A stretch of 63,841 nt of DNA, filler included, from Octopus bimaculoides (lineage: Eukaryota), in assembly GCF_001194135.2 (NCBI RefSeq). It is 4 parts of 3 records of this genome, joined end to end, with 100 filler letters (N's around TTAATTAATTAA, not from the genome) between each part and the next. Parts side by side here need not be neighbours in the genome. Positions count along the whole stretch, not along the records: positions 1 to 28,970 come from NC_069003.1; 3 more parts are not named here. One strand, 5' to 3'. Within the stretch, counting starts at the first letter, position 1; every line of letters begins with the position of its first letter. Positions 12,001 through 26,199 of the stretch are shown piece by piece. A program made the position numbers and the translations under genes. Below the pieces are notes generated by a model. It made no database searches. It was not told the DNA's origin and saw only the letters and a list, made by a program, of their open reading frames with translations.

Positions 12001-14299
12001 GAGTAACAGTCGCATAGAAATGACTTATAATGAACACAAACACATGCATACACAAAGTCTATAAAGAAAAAGAGGTGGTGAGAGAGAGAGAAAGCTAGAG
12101 GTGACAGAGACAGTACATACGTATAGAACCATAAGTATAGCATACACATCAGATACTATTAATACACACACTCCATCATATAGTATTAACACACACGTCA
12201 GATACTATTAGCGCGCGCGCACATATCAGAAACTATTAATACAAGCCACAAAAAGGAAGAAACTGGAGATATAGTGAAAAAGGAGCAGAAAGAGAACACA
12301 TACAAATAAACACACACACACACATATACATATATGAGTAATGAACATAGCCACACAAACACATATATGCATACACATGTATTAAACAAAGCTACACACA
12401 CATATACACCTATTGAATGTAGACATGCATATTCTATAAAAGTTACACCGCACATACATACGCACACATCTGTTAAACAGACACATAAACATGTCTATTA
12501 AAACAGTTACAAACGCACACATACATACACACACACATCTATTTAAAGCCAACACATACACTTTTTACTTTTTTTTCCTTTCTTTTTTGATAGTTATAAA
12601 CCACAGAAAAAAAAGGGTGAAAACAGACGACACATCTATTATAGGTTTTCACACATTTTTAAATAACAGTTATAATACGCTATAGGAGAGAAGGGGGTGT
12701 GAATATAAAGATATAACACACATACATGTACACAAACACAGGCAGACCACACACACACACACACCATGAATCACAAACACACACATCATTAATCCCAAAC
12801 ACTATTTCGTCTCTCTCTAACCAGATGCACCTGACACAATCACTTCTATTTGGGAGATTTCAGCCAGCCTCCTCCTCCTCCTCCTCCTCTTCGTCATCCC
12901 TCTCCCACTTCCAGTCCCTTCCACTTTCACACCTTCTGCCTCCCCTCCCTCCCACTACTACCATCACACCACTCCGTTCCCCCTCCCTCGTTCCATAACA
13001 GCATCACAAATTACAATTCACCAACATACATGTTATATAGACAGACACTAAAGTCTTTCTTCTCTATAAAGGAAAGCTTATTCTCCTACAGCAGCAACAG
13101 CATCAGTTGAACTACAAAGCTACTGTTATCACATGTTAGACACATACACATCTCTTCCCTTTCACACATACACACACATCCATTCTATCTTGATCTCTGT
13201 TTCTTTCTCTCTCTATCATCTATCTATCTAATTTGATTTCGCCTCCTCTCTCTACAACTCTCATCCTCTCCTTATCTAGTTATCTATCAACCTACATATC
13301 TAAATCTGATTCTCTCTATTCTGATCTCTCTCTCTCTCTCTCCCTCTCTGTCTACATTTCTCATTCTGCCCCACTTCTCTCTCAATCTCTCTCTCTACAC
13401 ACGTGTGTGTGTGTGTGTGTGTATGGATGTATAAGTGTGCGTGTATATATAAGCATGTGTTTGATCTCTCGTTCTCTCCATCGCTAGATTGGTATTTTAG
13501 AAGATAAATGGTTTTGTTATTTTACATGTTTATTATTACCATTATTATTATTATTATTATTATTATGTGATAATTTTAACATTCTGAATATAGTCATCCA
13601 TATCTACAGGCAGGCGTGGTAAATATGTACACATATAAACACATACAGACACAAACATACACAAACACTCTCTCCCTCTCTCTCTAGCAACATAATTGTT
13701 GCTATTCCAAGAGACCTCAAAAGGATATTTCAGACCATCATCATTTAACATCTGTGTTCCATGCTAGCATGGGTTGGGCGGATTTTCAAAAGTTAGCAAA
13801 TCAAGCTATATATATATATATATATNNNNNNNNNNNNNNNNNNNNNNNNNNNNNNNNNNNNNNNNNNNNNNNNNNNNNNNNNNNNNNNNNNNNNNNNNNN
13901 NNNNNNNNNNNNNNNNNNNNNNNNNNNNNNNNNNNNNNNNNNNNNNNNNNNNNNNNNNNNNNNNNNNNNNNNNNNNNNNNNNNNNNNNNNNNNNNNNNNN
14001 NNNNNNNNNNNNNNNNNNNNNNNNNNNNNNNNNNNNNNNNNNNNNNNNNNNNNNNNNNNNNNNNNNNNNNNNNNNNNNNNNNNNNNNNNNNNNNNNNNNN
14101 NNNNNNNNNNNNNNNNNNNNNNNNNNNNNNNNNNNNNNNNNNNNNNNNNNNNNNNNNNNNNNNNNNNNNNNNNNNNNNNNNATATATATATATATATGTA
14201 TGAGAGAGAGGGGGGAGACAGACAGACAGAGATGCACATACATATATACATACACAAGACTGCATATGTAAATAGATGTATATGCACACACGCACACAA

Positions 14300-14361
<62 letters not shown>

Positions 14362-14669
14362 CTGTCCTTGCGTACTGGCATGTCCCCTGCATCTCTCTCC
14401 AACTGAGCATTCCTAATCTTGTAGGCTCATGGGTGCTGGTGCCACATAAAAGCACCTGTGCCAATGCTGCATAAGAGAACCCAATGCACTCTGCAAAGTG
14501 GTTGGCATTAGGAAAGGCATCCAGCCATAGAAACGAACCATGCGCTGCAGCTGGTCAGCTCCTGTCAAACCATCCAATACATGTCAGCATGGAAACTGGA
14601 CATTAAATGATGATCATGATGTATATACACATAGATATACGCATTCTTGTGCATGTATATATCATCATC

Positions 14670-15595
14670 ATCATCATCATCGTTTAACGTCCGCTTTCCA
14701 TGCTAGCATGGGTTGGACGATTTGACTGAGGACTGGTGAAACCGGATGGCAACACCAGGCTCCAGTCTGATTTGGCAGAGTTTCTACAGCTGGATGCCCT
14801 TCCTAACGCCAACCACTCAGAGAGTGTAGTGGGTGCTTTTACGTGTCACCCGCACGAAAACGGCCACGCTCGAAATGGTGTCTTTTATGTGCCNNNNNNN
14901 NNNNNNNNNNNNNNNNNNNNNNNNNNNNNNNNNNNNNNNNNNNNNNNNNNNNNNNNNNNNNNNNNNNNNNNNNNNNNNNNNNNNNNNNNNNNNNNNNNNN
15001 NNNNNNNNNNNNNNNNNNNNNNNNNNNNNNNNNNNNNNNNNNNNNNNNNNNNNNNNNNNNNNNNNNNNNNNNNNNNNNNNNNNNNNNNNNNNNNNNNNNN
15101 NNNNNNNNNNNNNNNNNNNNNNNNNNNNNNNNNNNNNNNNNNNNNNNNNNNNNNNNNNNNNNNNNNNNNNNNNNNNNNNNNNNNNNNNNNNNNNNNNNNN
15201 NNNNNNNNNNNNNNNNNNNNNNNNNNNNNNNNNNNNNNNNNNNNNNNNNNNNNNNNNNNNNNNNNNNNNNNNNNNNNNNNNNNNNNNNNNNNNNNNNNNN
15301 NNNNNNNNNNNNNNNNNNNNNNNNNNNNNNNNNNNNNNNNNNNNNNNNNNNNNNNNNNNNNNNNNNNNNNNNNNNNNNNNNNNNCCAATGTACGAAGGTC
15401 TTGCCTCACCACCTCAGCCCAGGTCTTCCTGGGCCTACCTCTTCCACGGGTTCCCTCAACTGTTAGGGTGTGGCACTTTTTCACGCAGCTATCCTCCTCC
15501 ATTCTCACCACATGTCCATACCAGCGCAATCGTCTCTCTTGCACGCCACAACTGATGCTTCTAATGTTCAGCTTTTCTCTCAAGATACTTACACT
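14670..15595 (-). mobile_element. 5'-truncated RTE-clade LINE (ORF C-terminus, 3' UTR and (GAT)n tail), spans a gap
   Basis: Reads REKLNIRSISCGVQERRLRWYGHVVRMEEDSCVKKCHTLTVEGTRGRGRPRKTWAEVVRQDLRTL (WxGHxxR and RGRP motifs). The 3' UTR ends AGCGGACGTTAAACGATGATGATG. Confidence 0.92.
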
Positions 15596-15734
15596 CTGAC
15601 GGGTAATATATATATATATGCATCTCTGTCTCTTTCTTTCTTTCTCTCACAGATATAGGCATATGTGTATATATGAAATTAAGTAAATGACAAAGGAGCA
15701 GGAAATTATGCAAAGAACTTCATTAACGCCAAGA

Positions 15735-16115
15735 GTGGCTGTGTGGTATGTAGCTTGCTTACCAACCACATGGTTCTGGGTTCAGTTTAACTGCGTGGCA
15801 CCTTGGGCAGGTGTCTTCTACTATAGCCTCAGGCCGACCGAAGCCTTGTGAGTGGATTTGGTAGACGGAAACTGAAAGAAGCCCATCATATACATGTATA
15901 TGTGTGTGTGTTTGTGTGTCTGTGTTTGTCCCCCCCAACATCGCTCGATAACCGATGCTGGTGTGTTTACATACCCGTAACTTAGCAGTTCGGCAAAGAG
16001 ACCGATAGAATAAGTGCCAGGCTTACAAAGATTAAGTCCTGGGATCAATTTCCTTGACTAAAGGTGGTGCTCCAGCATGGCCGTAGTCAAATGACTGAAA
16101 CAAGTAAAAGAGTAA
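15735..16115 (+). mobile_element. SINE family A, near complete
   Basis: Runs from GAGTGGCTGTGTGGTA...GGTTCAGT (A and B boxes) to GACTGAAACAAGTAAAAGAG. Confidence 0.92.
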
Positions 16116-16419
16116 CTTACAGCTGTTTCTGCTATAAGATGCCACTCAGAGCTGACTGCTTGTGCATTACCTGATAGCTTTCTTGGAGCTTCCAAAACGA
16201 ACTGCACTAACTGACCCTACTATACTGTGTAGTCAACAAAATCAAAAACAAACAATGTGCATGCATGAAATAAAAAATAAAAAATAGTGACAATTTATCT
16301 ATTGCACTCAGTATATATATTCGTTTCTCTTGGACTGGTCAAGTGAGGTATGATGAGAACCAAATAATTTTCAAAAATCGATTATGGTTGTTCATTATTT
16401 TTTTTCTACTTGCACCTCA

Positions 16420-16705
16420 TGGAAGAAATGACAAGTGAACGAGACCTTTGGCGATACACCATGCTTGAGAAGACCTGTCAGACCAAGTCAGATCATAGTC
16501 ATGGCCAATGCCAGTGTTATGTAACTGGCACCCATGCTGGTGGCACATAAAAAGCACCCACTACACTCTTGGAGTGGTTGGCATTAGGAAGGGCAACCAT
16601 GCCAAATCAGACTGGAACTTGGTGCAGCTCCCCAGCTTACCGTCCAACCCATGCCAGCATGGAAAACGGACGTTAGATGACAATGATGATAATGATGATG
16701 AGAGA
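16420..16705 (+). mobile_element. RTE-type 3' UTR fragment
   Basis: Shares GGTTGGCATTAGGAAGGGCA...CCAACCCATGCCAGCATGGAAAACGGACGTTAGATGA with the 14670 element. Confidence 0.8.
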
Positions 16706-19700
16706 AATAGTAAAATTTGGCATGCTTGTATATCTACTTTGTAGGTTAACACGTATATATGAGTGTGTGCATGTGTGTGTTTTAGGTGTAGTTCCTATAT
16801 AGTTAAGAATAGTAAAAAATGTATTAATCGGCTTCAGATGAAAATTTTCTTGCTTCCACCACCCTGGATTTCATTTTATTGGATGTGACAAGCGTAGTAA
16901 TGTTGTAAGGTTTAATATCTTAAGTAAAAGTACATTGTGAAGTTCTGTAATTTCAAAGTAATACAGTAATCTTGGAGCTGTGATTCCCACAATTGTTAGT
17001 GAAGGTGTATAGGCAAAGGCACACTTTGTATTAAGAAACTCTTGAACAGCAGATATTAAAAAGAGAAAGGGAGAGAGAGACAAGGACAGAGAAACAGAAA
17101 GAAAGAAGAATATATCCTCAGGGATGTTTTGTGTTACTTTATATATCACATTTTTGTGAAGAATAGCATCTTTAGGCATCAGGTTCTAATGGACCACACC
17201 CTACTTAGCAGCATTAATAAATGAGAGAAACAACAACAGATTGTGCACTTCTGACAGGACAGGTACTGTAACCGTTTTGATACTAATTCACCTGAACTGA
17301 TATAAACATCCAGTTTCTAAAGTGATCTAAATTAAAATAGTCCATCAAAATTCCACATTAATTTGTTCCAAACACCAGATTGATAATGCTTTCCTTGTTA
17401 ACCACAAAGGGAAACACCAAATTAATAATGTCAGTTAACTAAATTCTTCATTATTTCCAAAATTAACTGAAACAAAAGCAGTGTATTTCAACAGAATTAT
17501 GGTAATAAAAGGAATAAGGTAGTATTTCTCTACAGGTGTTTTGACAATCAAGGTTCATCAACATTCTAATGTCCACTTTTCCATGACTGCATGGGTCAAG
17601 CACAATTTGTTCAGGCACATTTTCTACAGTGAGATGTCCATCCTGTAACCAAGCCTCACCTGTTTCTAAGTAAGGTAATATTTCTCCTTGCCTGGACACG
17701 TTTTCACCAGAGACTGAATTCAAATGACACTGCGTGTATGTCAGTGATTCTCACAACTAATGCATGATGGAAAGGCAAGGAAACACACACGTGCATATAA
17801 ACATGTATAAAGAACAAGCTTCTTTCAGTTTCCATCAACAAAATCCACTCACAAGGCTTTGGCCTGAGGCTATAAAACAAGACACTTGCCCAAGGTACCT
17901 CTCAGTGGGACTGAACTCTAAACCATGTGGTTGGGAACCAAACTTCTTACCCATACAAGCCTGTTTCTTAAAAGAAAGAAGCTAAAACATAACAATGACA
18001 CTTTTAAGCAGAAACAATCAATACATACAATTAACAAGCATTTCATTGCATACTTGTGTTATACATAAAACAGGTGCATGTGTGTGTGTGTGTGTGCGTG
18101 CATGCGCGCAAGCAAAATTGTGTGTGCATGCATGCATGTAGTGAAAGATGTACAAAATTTAATAGAGACAAACAAATGGATAAGCTCGTTTCATAAGCCA
18201 TGTTTTTATCTGAAGTTACTATGATTTTAGTGCTGGAAAATATGGATTGCTCATCTACAAAGCACGAAAGTTAAAAAATTTATATATGTGTGTGTGTGTG
18301 TGTGTATAAGAAAAAAACTGAACAACACAAAGTCAAGTTTTACAACTTAAAACAGAGAAGAGAGACATATAGCCGGGTTATATAAAAGACACAAATACAG
18401 AGTGTCAACAACAAAGAAATCTTTAAGATTGAAGAAACAAACAGAGCAAATAGTAGCAGAGAGGAAAATTAGGAATAAACCTTTGCCAAAATTTATCTTG
18501 ATATGAAATATATTGAACAGTGAGAGGATCAGGAGGATCAATAATGAGAGAAAGGTGTGGTGGAAATCAATAGGATCAGGTTGTATGAAAGAGGATGAAA
18601 GGGAGAGAGAGGGAGTAGGAAAAGAGTGAGATGATAGGGTATTTTTTTTAACAAGGTACTGCCTTGTCAGTAGCTCTCCACTGATTACTTTGTCACATCT
18701 GTTTGGGTACTCATAATGGTAAGGAGAGAAGAACAAACACCCAAGGTGCATTTTGTTCAATGTTAACAATTCTTTTAACCTATTGTTGTGAACTTGTACT
18801 TTCATTTTAGTTTCTGATCCACAGAAGAGTAAAAGGAAAAGTTGGCTTCAACAGGGTTTGAACACATGACTCAAACAGTTGGAATGATTACTGCAAAGTA
18901 TTTTATTCAACACTCTAATGATTCCACTAACCCACAGCCTTTAAGGAAGCCTCACTAAGTGGCAGTGGTGGTAGTAGTAGTAGTAATAGAAAACGTCATC
19001 TGATAAAACATTTCATATATCATTCACCTAATTTTATAAATCACTATTTACGTACCAGATCTCTCTGCCAGTTCTAAGAACGATGATGGATGTTTGCCAA
19101 TGCACACACAGAGACACACACAGTCACACACATGTCTTCAGCTGGGTTCAAAAGATGGTACCAAAAACAGATGTTGCTCTATCAGATCTTCTTGGAAAAC
19201 AGGGGAGTTCAACATGTACCCATTTTGTGTGTACTGTAATCAGTAAGTGTAGATAAGGCTGTGTGGTTAAGAATCTTGCCTCCCAACCATATGGTCTTGG
19301 GTTCAATCTCACTGTGAAGCAACTTGGAAAAGTGTCTTCTAAAACAGTCCCAGGTTCATCAAAGCCCTGGGAGTGGATTTGGTAGACAGAAACTATATGG
19401 AAGCCTGTTGCAATGTGTCTACATATATATTGGGAGATCGTGGTTTTGATACCCAAACCAGGCATTGTGTTGTGTTCTTGAGCAAAACACTTCATTTCAT
19501 GTTGCTTTGTGATCATTTGTCATCGGACATGTGGTACATCATGTACCTGTGCTGGTAATGTCGATTTGAGGGAGGGAGCGAGCTTATGTGCTACATAAGC
19601 ATTTCATCACTATAAACAGATCATCTGTGTGGTTGTTCAGCAAGAAATTGCAGAAACCTCATTATGTCATCTAACATGTCCCAGTAACTTGGCAGTTCAG

Positions 19701-19849
19701 CAAAAGAGACCGAAAGAATAAGTACCAGATGGAATAATAAATAGATACTGAATTGATTTGTTGAACTTAATCCTTCAAAGTAAATGCCCCAACATGGCCA
19801 CAGTCTAAAGACAGAAACAAGTAAAAGATGAGATGCTTTTTTTTTTTAG

Positions 19850-20050
19850 ATTGTGATTTCTCCATCTGCACAGATGTTCCTCCAAGAGTTCCTGTCCTTC
19901 ATTGTTGACTTCAACTTCAAGGAGCTGATTGGCCACTGTTGGTCACTATAGTATGTCAACATATATTGTAGCCAATAGACCTCTGCTTCTGTGGACATGC
20001 ATTGATCCCCAGAGTAACACATCCCTGATGCATTCAATCCTGGCACTAAA
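19850..20050 (-). mobile_element. RTE-like LINE 3' relic
   Basis: Reads LKLKSTMKDRNSWRNICADG, similar to the L..AM.DR..WR terminus of RTE ORFs. Confidence 0.55.
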
Positions 20051-20254
20051 ATCACTATAAAACATCCTTCTACTCCCAGACAGTTATCAGCTGATTATTT
20101 AGGGTTTCACACCACCATTGGCAGGTGAAATAATGGAGATAAACCAACAAAGCAAAGCAAATCAGCGAAGATAGTTCTTATCACTTCTTTACATTATTTA
20201 TGTTCAAGTTCCCAAAATGAATATTTACTTTTCTTTTTCTCCCTTTTCTTATCT

Positions 20255-20645
20255 TTTATCTTTTACTTGTTTCAGACATTAATTAAACTGTGGAACATCC
20301 TGGGCTACCACCTTCAAAAATTTTCAGTCAAATGAATCAACTTCAGTAATAATATTTTTTAATTTTTTAAGCCTGGTACTTATTCCATCAATCTCTTTTG
20401 ACGAACTGCTAAGTTATGTGGATGTAAACACGCCAACATCAATTGTCCAGTGGTGGTGGGGAACACACACATTATATATATACACATATACATGACAGGC
20501 TTCTTTCAGTTTCTGTCTACCAAATCCACTCACAAGGCTTTGGTTGGCCCAAGGCTATAGTAGAGAACAATCACCCAAGGTGCCACACAGTGGGACTGAA
20601 CCTGGAACCATTTGATTGGGAAGCAAGCTTCTTACAACACAGCAA
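20255..20645 (-). mobile_element. SINE family A, older copy
   Basis: Family A motifs with CpG-to-TpG/CpA erosion. Confidence 0.85.
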
Positions 20646-21374
20646 TGCCTGCGCCTTTTTTCTTTTTCTCATAAAATTTTGTCCAGCAGGAACCCCAGTG
20701 TAGAGACTGCAAATCACTGAGCCCCTCCCCCACGATCCCCATTGTAAAACAGTTAAGCAACTGAGAGAAATCCCTTTGCTATCTTAAGAAGATAAGTCTA
20801 GCACAAATATCTCTGGCAGGAAGGTGGCCTAAAATGAATGAAAACTACCAGTTCTCCTTGCAGCTAGGTAAACAAGAGATAATTTAGAGACAGACATGTT
20901 TGATATCACTTTGTATTTGCCACTACCCCCACCACTGCCACCATTACCTAGGTCATGACAGTCTTATCTCATTCTAACTGTTTTGCCCCCACCCCACCCC
21001 ACCTCACCCCTTCTACTCCCATCACTATAGTCACAAGCATGTCAAAACAATAGTTTGGCTGGAGGCAGTATTTGATATAGAGCAAGGAATGGAAGTGGAA
21101 CTGGATTGGTCAGAGTGGAGTTTGGGATACATCTCTTAGATTGAAGATAACAGTACCACATGATGGTGGTGGAGGAAGCGGATAAGGAGGAGGAGCAGAG
21201 GAAGAACAGGAGGAGGAATAGAGAAAGAAACAGAAGGAGGAATCCTCTAGAATTTCTTAACCATGATTCTACCAACGTATTGCTTTAATTCTTTCATTCT
21301 TTTACATATTTCAATCCTAAGGCTGTGGCCATGCTGGAGCAACGCCAGTAGTAGTAATAATAATAATGATAATA

Positions 21375-22350
21375 ATCTTTTCTACTAAAGGCACAAGGCC
21401 TGAAATTTTGGGGGAGGGGACTAGTTGAAGTAATCGACCCTAATGTTTGACTGATACTTATTTTATTGACTCCGAAAGGACGAGAGGCAAAGTTGACCTC
21501 GGTGCAATAATAATAATCCTTTCTACAATGGGCACAAGGCTTGAAACTTGGGGAAGGGGAATAGTGATTATATCAGCCCCCCCCCCCCCAGTATTCAACT
21601 GGTACTTATTTTATCAACTCCTAACGGATGAAGGGTAAAGTCAACCTTGGCGAAATTAGAACCCAGGACATGAGGACAGACGAAATACTGCTAAGCATTT
21701 TATCCCGTGTGCCAATGATTTTGCCAGTTCGGTACCTTAATAATAATAATAATAATATTGGTTTCAAACTTTGGCACAAGGCCAGCAATTTCAGAGGAAA
21801 GCGTAAGTTGATTACATCGACCCTAGTACTCAACTGGTACTTATTTTATTGACTCCTGAAAAGATGAAAAGTCGATCTCAGCAGAATTTGAACTCAGAAT
21901 GTAATGATGAAACACCACTAATGATTCTGCCAAATAATCCTTTCACAAGTCCCGATATTTTGGAAAAGCGGGATAGTCAATTACATCAATCCCAGTCCTC
22001 AACTGGTACTTATTTTCTCAACCTTAAAACCATTTGTAGAATCTGAACCCAGAATGTAAAAAACAGATGAAAACCTGCTAAACATTTTGCCCAGCATGCA
22101 AATGATTCTACAGTTCACTACCTCTTATGATGACGATAAAAATGGTTTCAAATTTTGGCACAAGTCTAGCAATTTTGGGGAGGGAGTTGTCAATAACATC
22201 AATCCTAGCCCTTAACTGGTACTCATTTTATTGACCCTGAAAAGATGAAAGGTAAAGTCGACCTTGGCAGAATTTGAACTCTGAATGTAAATCTGGAAGA
22301 AATGCTATTAAATATTTTGTCCAACATGCTAACAGTTCTGCTAGCTCATT
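21375..22350 (-). mobile_element. Tandem array of five SINE family C copies (minus orientation)
   Basis: Units at about 21375-21505, 21515-21735, 21760-21930, 21935-22130 and 22140-22350, mostly separated by (AAT)n/(GAT)n. Confidence 0.85.
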
Positions 22351-22353
22351 TCC

Positions 22354-22387
<34 letters not shown>

Positions 22388-22619
22388 CAACAATAATAAA
22401 AGAAGTGAACAAGAGAGTATGTGCATGTGTGTTTCTTATTGCTATAGTGACATCCCCCATCCCGCCTGGGAAGCAATAAAGGAATTATGTTGCTCATATT
22501 ATAGATACAATATAATAACTGCAATAGGATGATATATAAACAGATTTATGATCTGGGGATAAGTAAATCAAAATTCAAATATCTTAATATATCTGTCTTC
22601 CACAGCTTCATATAAGCAC

Positions 22620-22677
<58 letters not shown>

Positions 22678-22790
22678 CGGACGTTAAACGACGATGATGA
22701 TGATGATGATACACACACACACATACATACATGTATACAAATATAGATATGCGCATATACATGTATACAGATATACATATGCACATGTGC

Positions 22791-22842
<52 letters not shown>

Positions 22843-23126
22843 NNNNNNNNNNTATACGAATATAGATATGCACATGTGTGTGTGTGTATATATATATATA
22901 TACACACACACATATATATATATATACATGTATACAAATACATACACATATATAGATATGCATATGCGCATATGAATATATATGTGTGTTTATATACACA
23001 CACATACACCATTATTTGTCTATATATATAATATGGGACCCAGTTTCTTCTTCCACAAATATTCATTCACACATGATTTGCTCAGAATGGATGATACATG
23101 TGTGTGTGTGTACATGTGTGTGTGTG

Positions 23127-23163
<37 letters not shown>

Positions 23164-23350
23164 ATTTATTCATGCACGTAGCCAAATGTAAATAATACAT
23201 GTGAGCAGCATTAATGCACACATTTAATGCATCTGCAGCATCTATATGTGCATTTGCTTCTCCACCTGCACGACACACACTCTCTCTTCCCCGTTTTTTT
23301 TTTGTCTATATCTGTTATTCTTTGACTTCCATATGCAGAGTTTATTAGCT

Positions 23351-23385
<35 letters not shown>

Positions 23386-23929
23386 CAGCAACAACAACAA
23401 CACAGTCCTTTAAAATTTATGTTATAGGGATGTTTTTTTTTTTCTTCATTATTTTTCTCTTTTTCTTTGTTGTTGAGGTTATTTCATGTTGGAAGCAAGG
23501 GAAAGAAAGAAGTGAGAGTAAAAAGGAAGGTAGATTTTTTTATTATTATTTTTTTTTTTATCTTACTGTTCTTACATTTAGATACTCTCTAACCCACCCA
23601 TCCCTACTGCCTCGCTAATCTCCTCTTCCACATCTAAACCACTCAACCATGCAGAAGCATCAGTACTTATTTCTGGGTTGAGTTGACATAACCATTTTGG
23701 CTTGTGGTATCATTATTAATTATAAGGTTTCTAGTCTCGTGACCTTCTTGACGAACAGTACCTACTTTCCAACTTGATGGCTGTGAATAGATGCGAAAGA
23801 GAAATGATTCTGTTCTCTTGCTGCCCCAGGAGATATCACAGGGCTGTTTGCAGGTAACTTTGCTGGGTGATTTGTGATGCAATAAAATGTTGGATATGAG
23901 ATTACAAACATGTATGAGCTTAGGTTCTA

Positions 23930-23964
<35 letters not shown>

Positions 23965-23966
<2 letters not shown>

Positions 23967-24398
23967 GGCAGCAAGTTGGCAGAATTGTTAGCATGCTGGG
24001 CAAAATGCCTCGTGGCATTTCATTCGTCCTTACGATCTGAGTTCAAATTCCACCAAGGTCGGCTTTCCCTTTCATCCTTTCCGAGTACCACTGAAACACT
24101 GGGGTTAATGTAATTGACTAGCCCCCTCCACGAAAATTTCAGGCTTATGCCTATAGTAGAAAGGATTATTATTATTATTATTAAGGCAATGAGCTGGCAG
24201 AATCATTAGCATGCCAGACAAGATGGTTAATGGCATTTCGTCTGTCTTTACATTCTGAGTTCAAATTCTGCCAAGGTCAGCTTTGTTTTTCATCTTTTCG
24301 GGGTCAATGAAATAAGTACCAGTTGAACACTGGGGTTGATGTAATCGACTAGCCCCCTCCCTCTTTCTACTATTGGCCTTGTGCCAACAGTAGAAAGG

Positions 24399-24434
<36 letters not shown>

Positions 24435-25175
24435 GTTATTATTTTGATCATCAAAATCTTCCAAGATGATGAACTGGCAGATTTGTTACCATGCGGGGTG
24501 AAATACTTGCCAATATTCCAACCATCTTCCCGTTCTGAGTTAAAATTCTGCTGAGATTGACTTTGCCTTTCATCCTTTCGGGGTCGATGAAATAAGTACC
24601 AGTTATACACTGGAATTGATGTAATCAACTAGCCCCCCTCCCCTCTTTCTACTATTGATCTTGTGCCAACAGTAGAAAGGATTATTATCATTATTATTAA
24701 TATTATTCTGATAATGAAATCTTCCAAGGCGATGAACTGGCAGATTTATTAGCACCACCGGGTGAAATGCTTGCCAATAATTCATCCGTCTTTATGTTCT
24801 AAGTTAAAATTCCGCTGAGGTTGACTTTGCCTTTCATCCTTTTGGTGTCAAATAAGTACCAGTGCCAAACTAGGGTCGATGTAATCAACTAGTCCCCTGC
24901 CCCAAATTTCAAGCTTTGCCCCTTCAAGTAGAAAGGATTATTATTAGTAGTAGTTGTAACGCGGCAAGTTGGCAGAATCTTTAGCACACCAAACAAAATG
25001 CTAAGTGGCATTTCGTCCACCTTTACACTGAGTTCAAATTTGACAAGATCAACTTTACTTTTTGTCTTTTCGGTGTTGATAAAATAAGTATCAGTGAAGC
25101 ACTGGGGCTGACATAATCAACTTACTTCCCACTCTGAAATTGCTGGCCTTGTGCCAAAATTTGAAGCTATTATTA
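23965..25175 (+). mobile_element. Tandem array of five SINE family C copies (plus orientation)
   Basis: Units at about 23965-24180, 24183-24400, 24460-24690, 24725-24945 and 24958-25175, each ending in an (ATT)n tail, mostly as GTAGAAAGG(ATT)n. Confidence 0.88.
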
Positions 25176-25320
25176 TTAGTTAACTAAATTAGCCGTTTGA
25201 CTTATTGACTAATGGATTAATCATTTCATCAATCAATCAATCAACTAGGTTTGTTTGAATTCTTTCATCATCATTCACAGGTTAACTACTTTAATAATAA
25301 TAAAAGAAGTGAAATAGAAC

Positions 25321-25354
<34 letters not shown>

Positions 25355-26199
25355 ATCACTGGCATAATGACCCTCCCAAAAATCCAACAAAATTTGTTCC
25401 AACACATGAGTTCACATCAAGAATTTTTCAAACCAAATGCGAAAACAAAATTATGAAACTCTGACTTGATAAACAAATAAATAAAATGCTAATATCTCTC
25501 TTGTCCCCAACTCCCTTCAAAAGAGCTTTTAAAAGCTAGTTGGTTCTTAGCTCTGGTTTCATGGCATTAAGTTAACAAGATATCAAAANNNNNNNNNNNN
25601 NNNNNNNNNNNNNNNNNNNNNNNNNNNNNNNNNNNNNNNNNNNNNNNNNNNNNNNNNNNNNNNNNNNNNNNNNNNNNNNNNNNNNNNNNNNNNNNNNNNA
25701 ATGAGAAGAGAATTACACACTTTAGTCAAACACATGATGAACAACATTCAATGAAATAGCTTCAGTGGAAGTCATTCAGTCAACCTGCAACATATACACA
25801 TGCCTCTCAAGAGTAAATAGACATTTCTCTTTATACTATTTTATATATGCAAGCTGCAACTACATAGTGTTTCAAGCCTGTGTTATTTTTTTTTATTTTA
25901 GATTATAGTGTTAATTGTTAACACAGGTGCAAAATACTTGTTTGATTTTCAAAGAGGGCATTTGGGGGGGGGGGATTCCCCATGATTCCCTGTCACCATC
26001 CAATTCCATTATTATGAATTTGAATTGTGAGCTTGAATCAAAATGAGTTTTTCATTAGCTAATTACCTAACAATGGATGCCACCCCTATGAATGCAAAGC
26101 AATTACTCTCTTGATAGAGGAATCCTAGATCTTGACTACTGATTCAGGATTCCTCCACTCAGTATCAATGTAAGAAGCACCATTAGTTCAGCTGAACTC

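Noticed and set aside
12150-12245. Four diverged copies of an approximately 27-nt unit, one with a GCGCGCGCGC run (possible Z-DNA)
   Set aside because: An ordinary decayed minisatellite in a window already full of alternating purine-pyrimidine tracts.
18657-18719. 63-nt plus-strand exon with good-looking AG and GTAAGG sites
   Set aside because: All three frames contain stops; at best non-coding, and unsupported.
25700-25785. Minus-strand exon after TTGCAG acceptor
   Set aside because: All three frames hit stops within a few codons, and any donor would lie in the gap.
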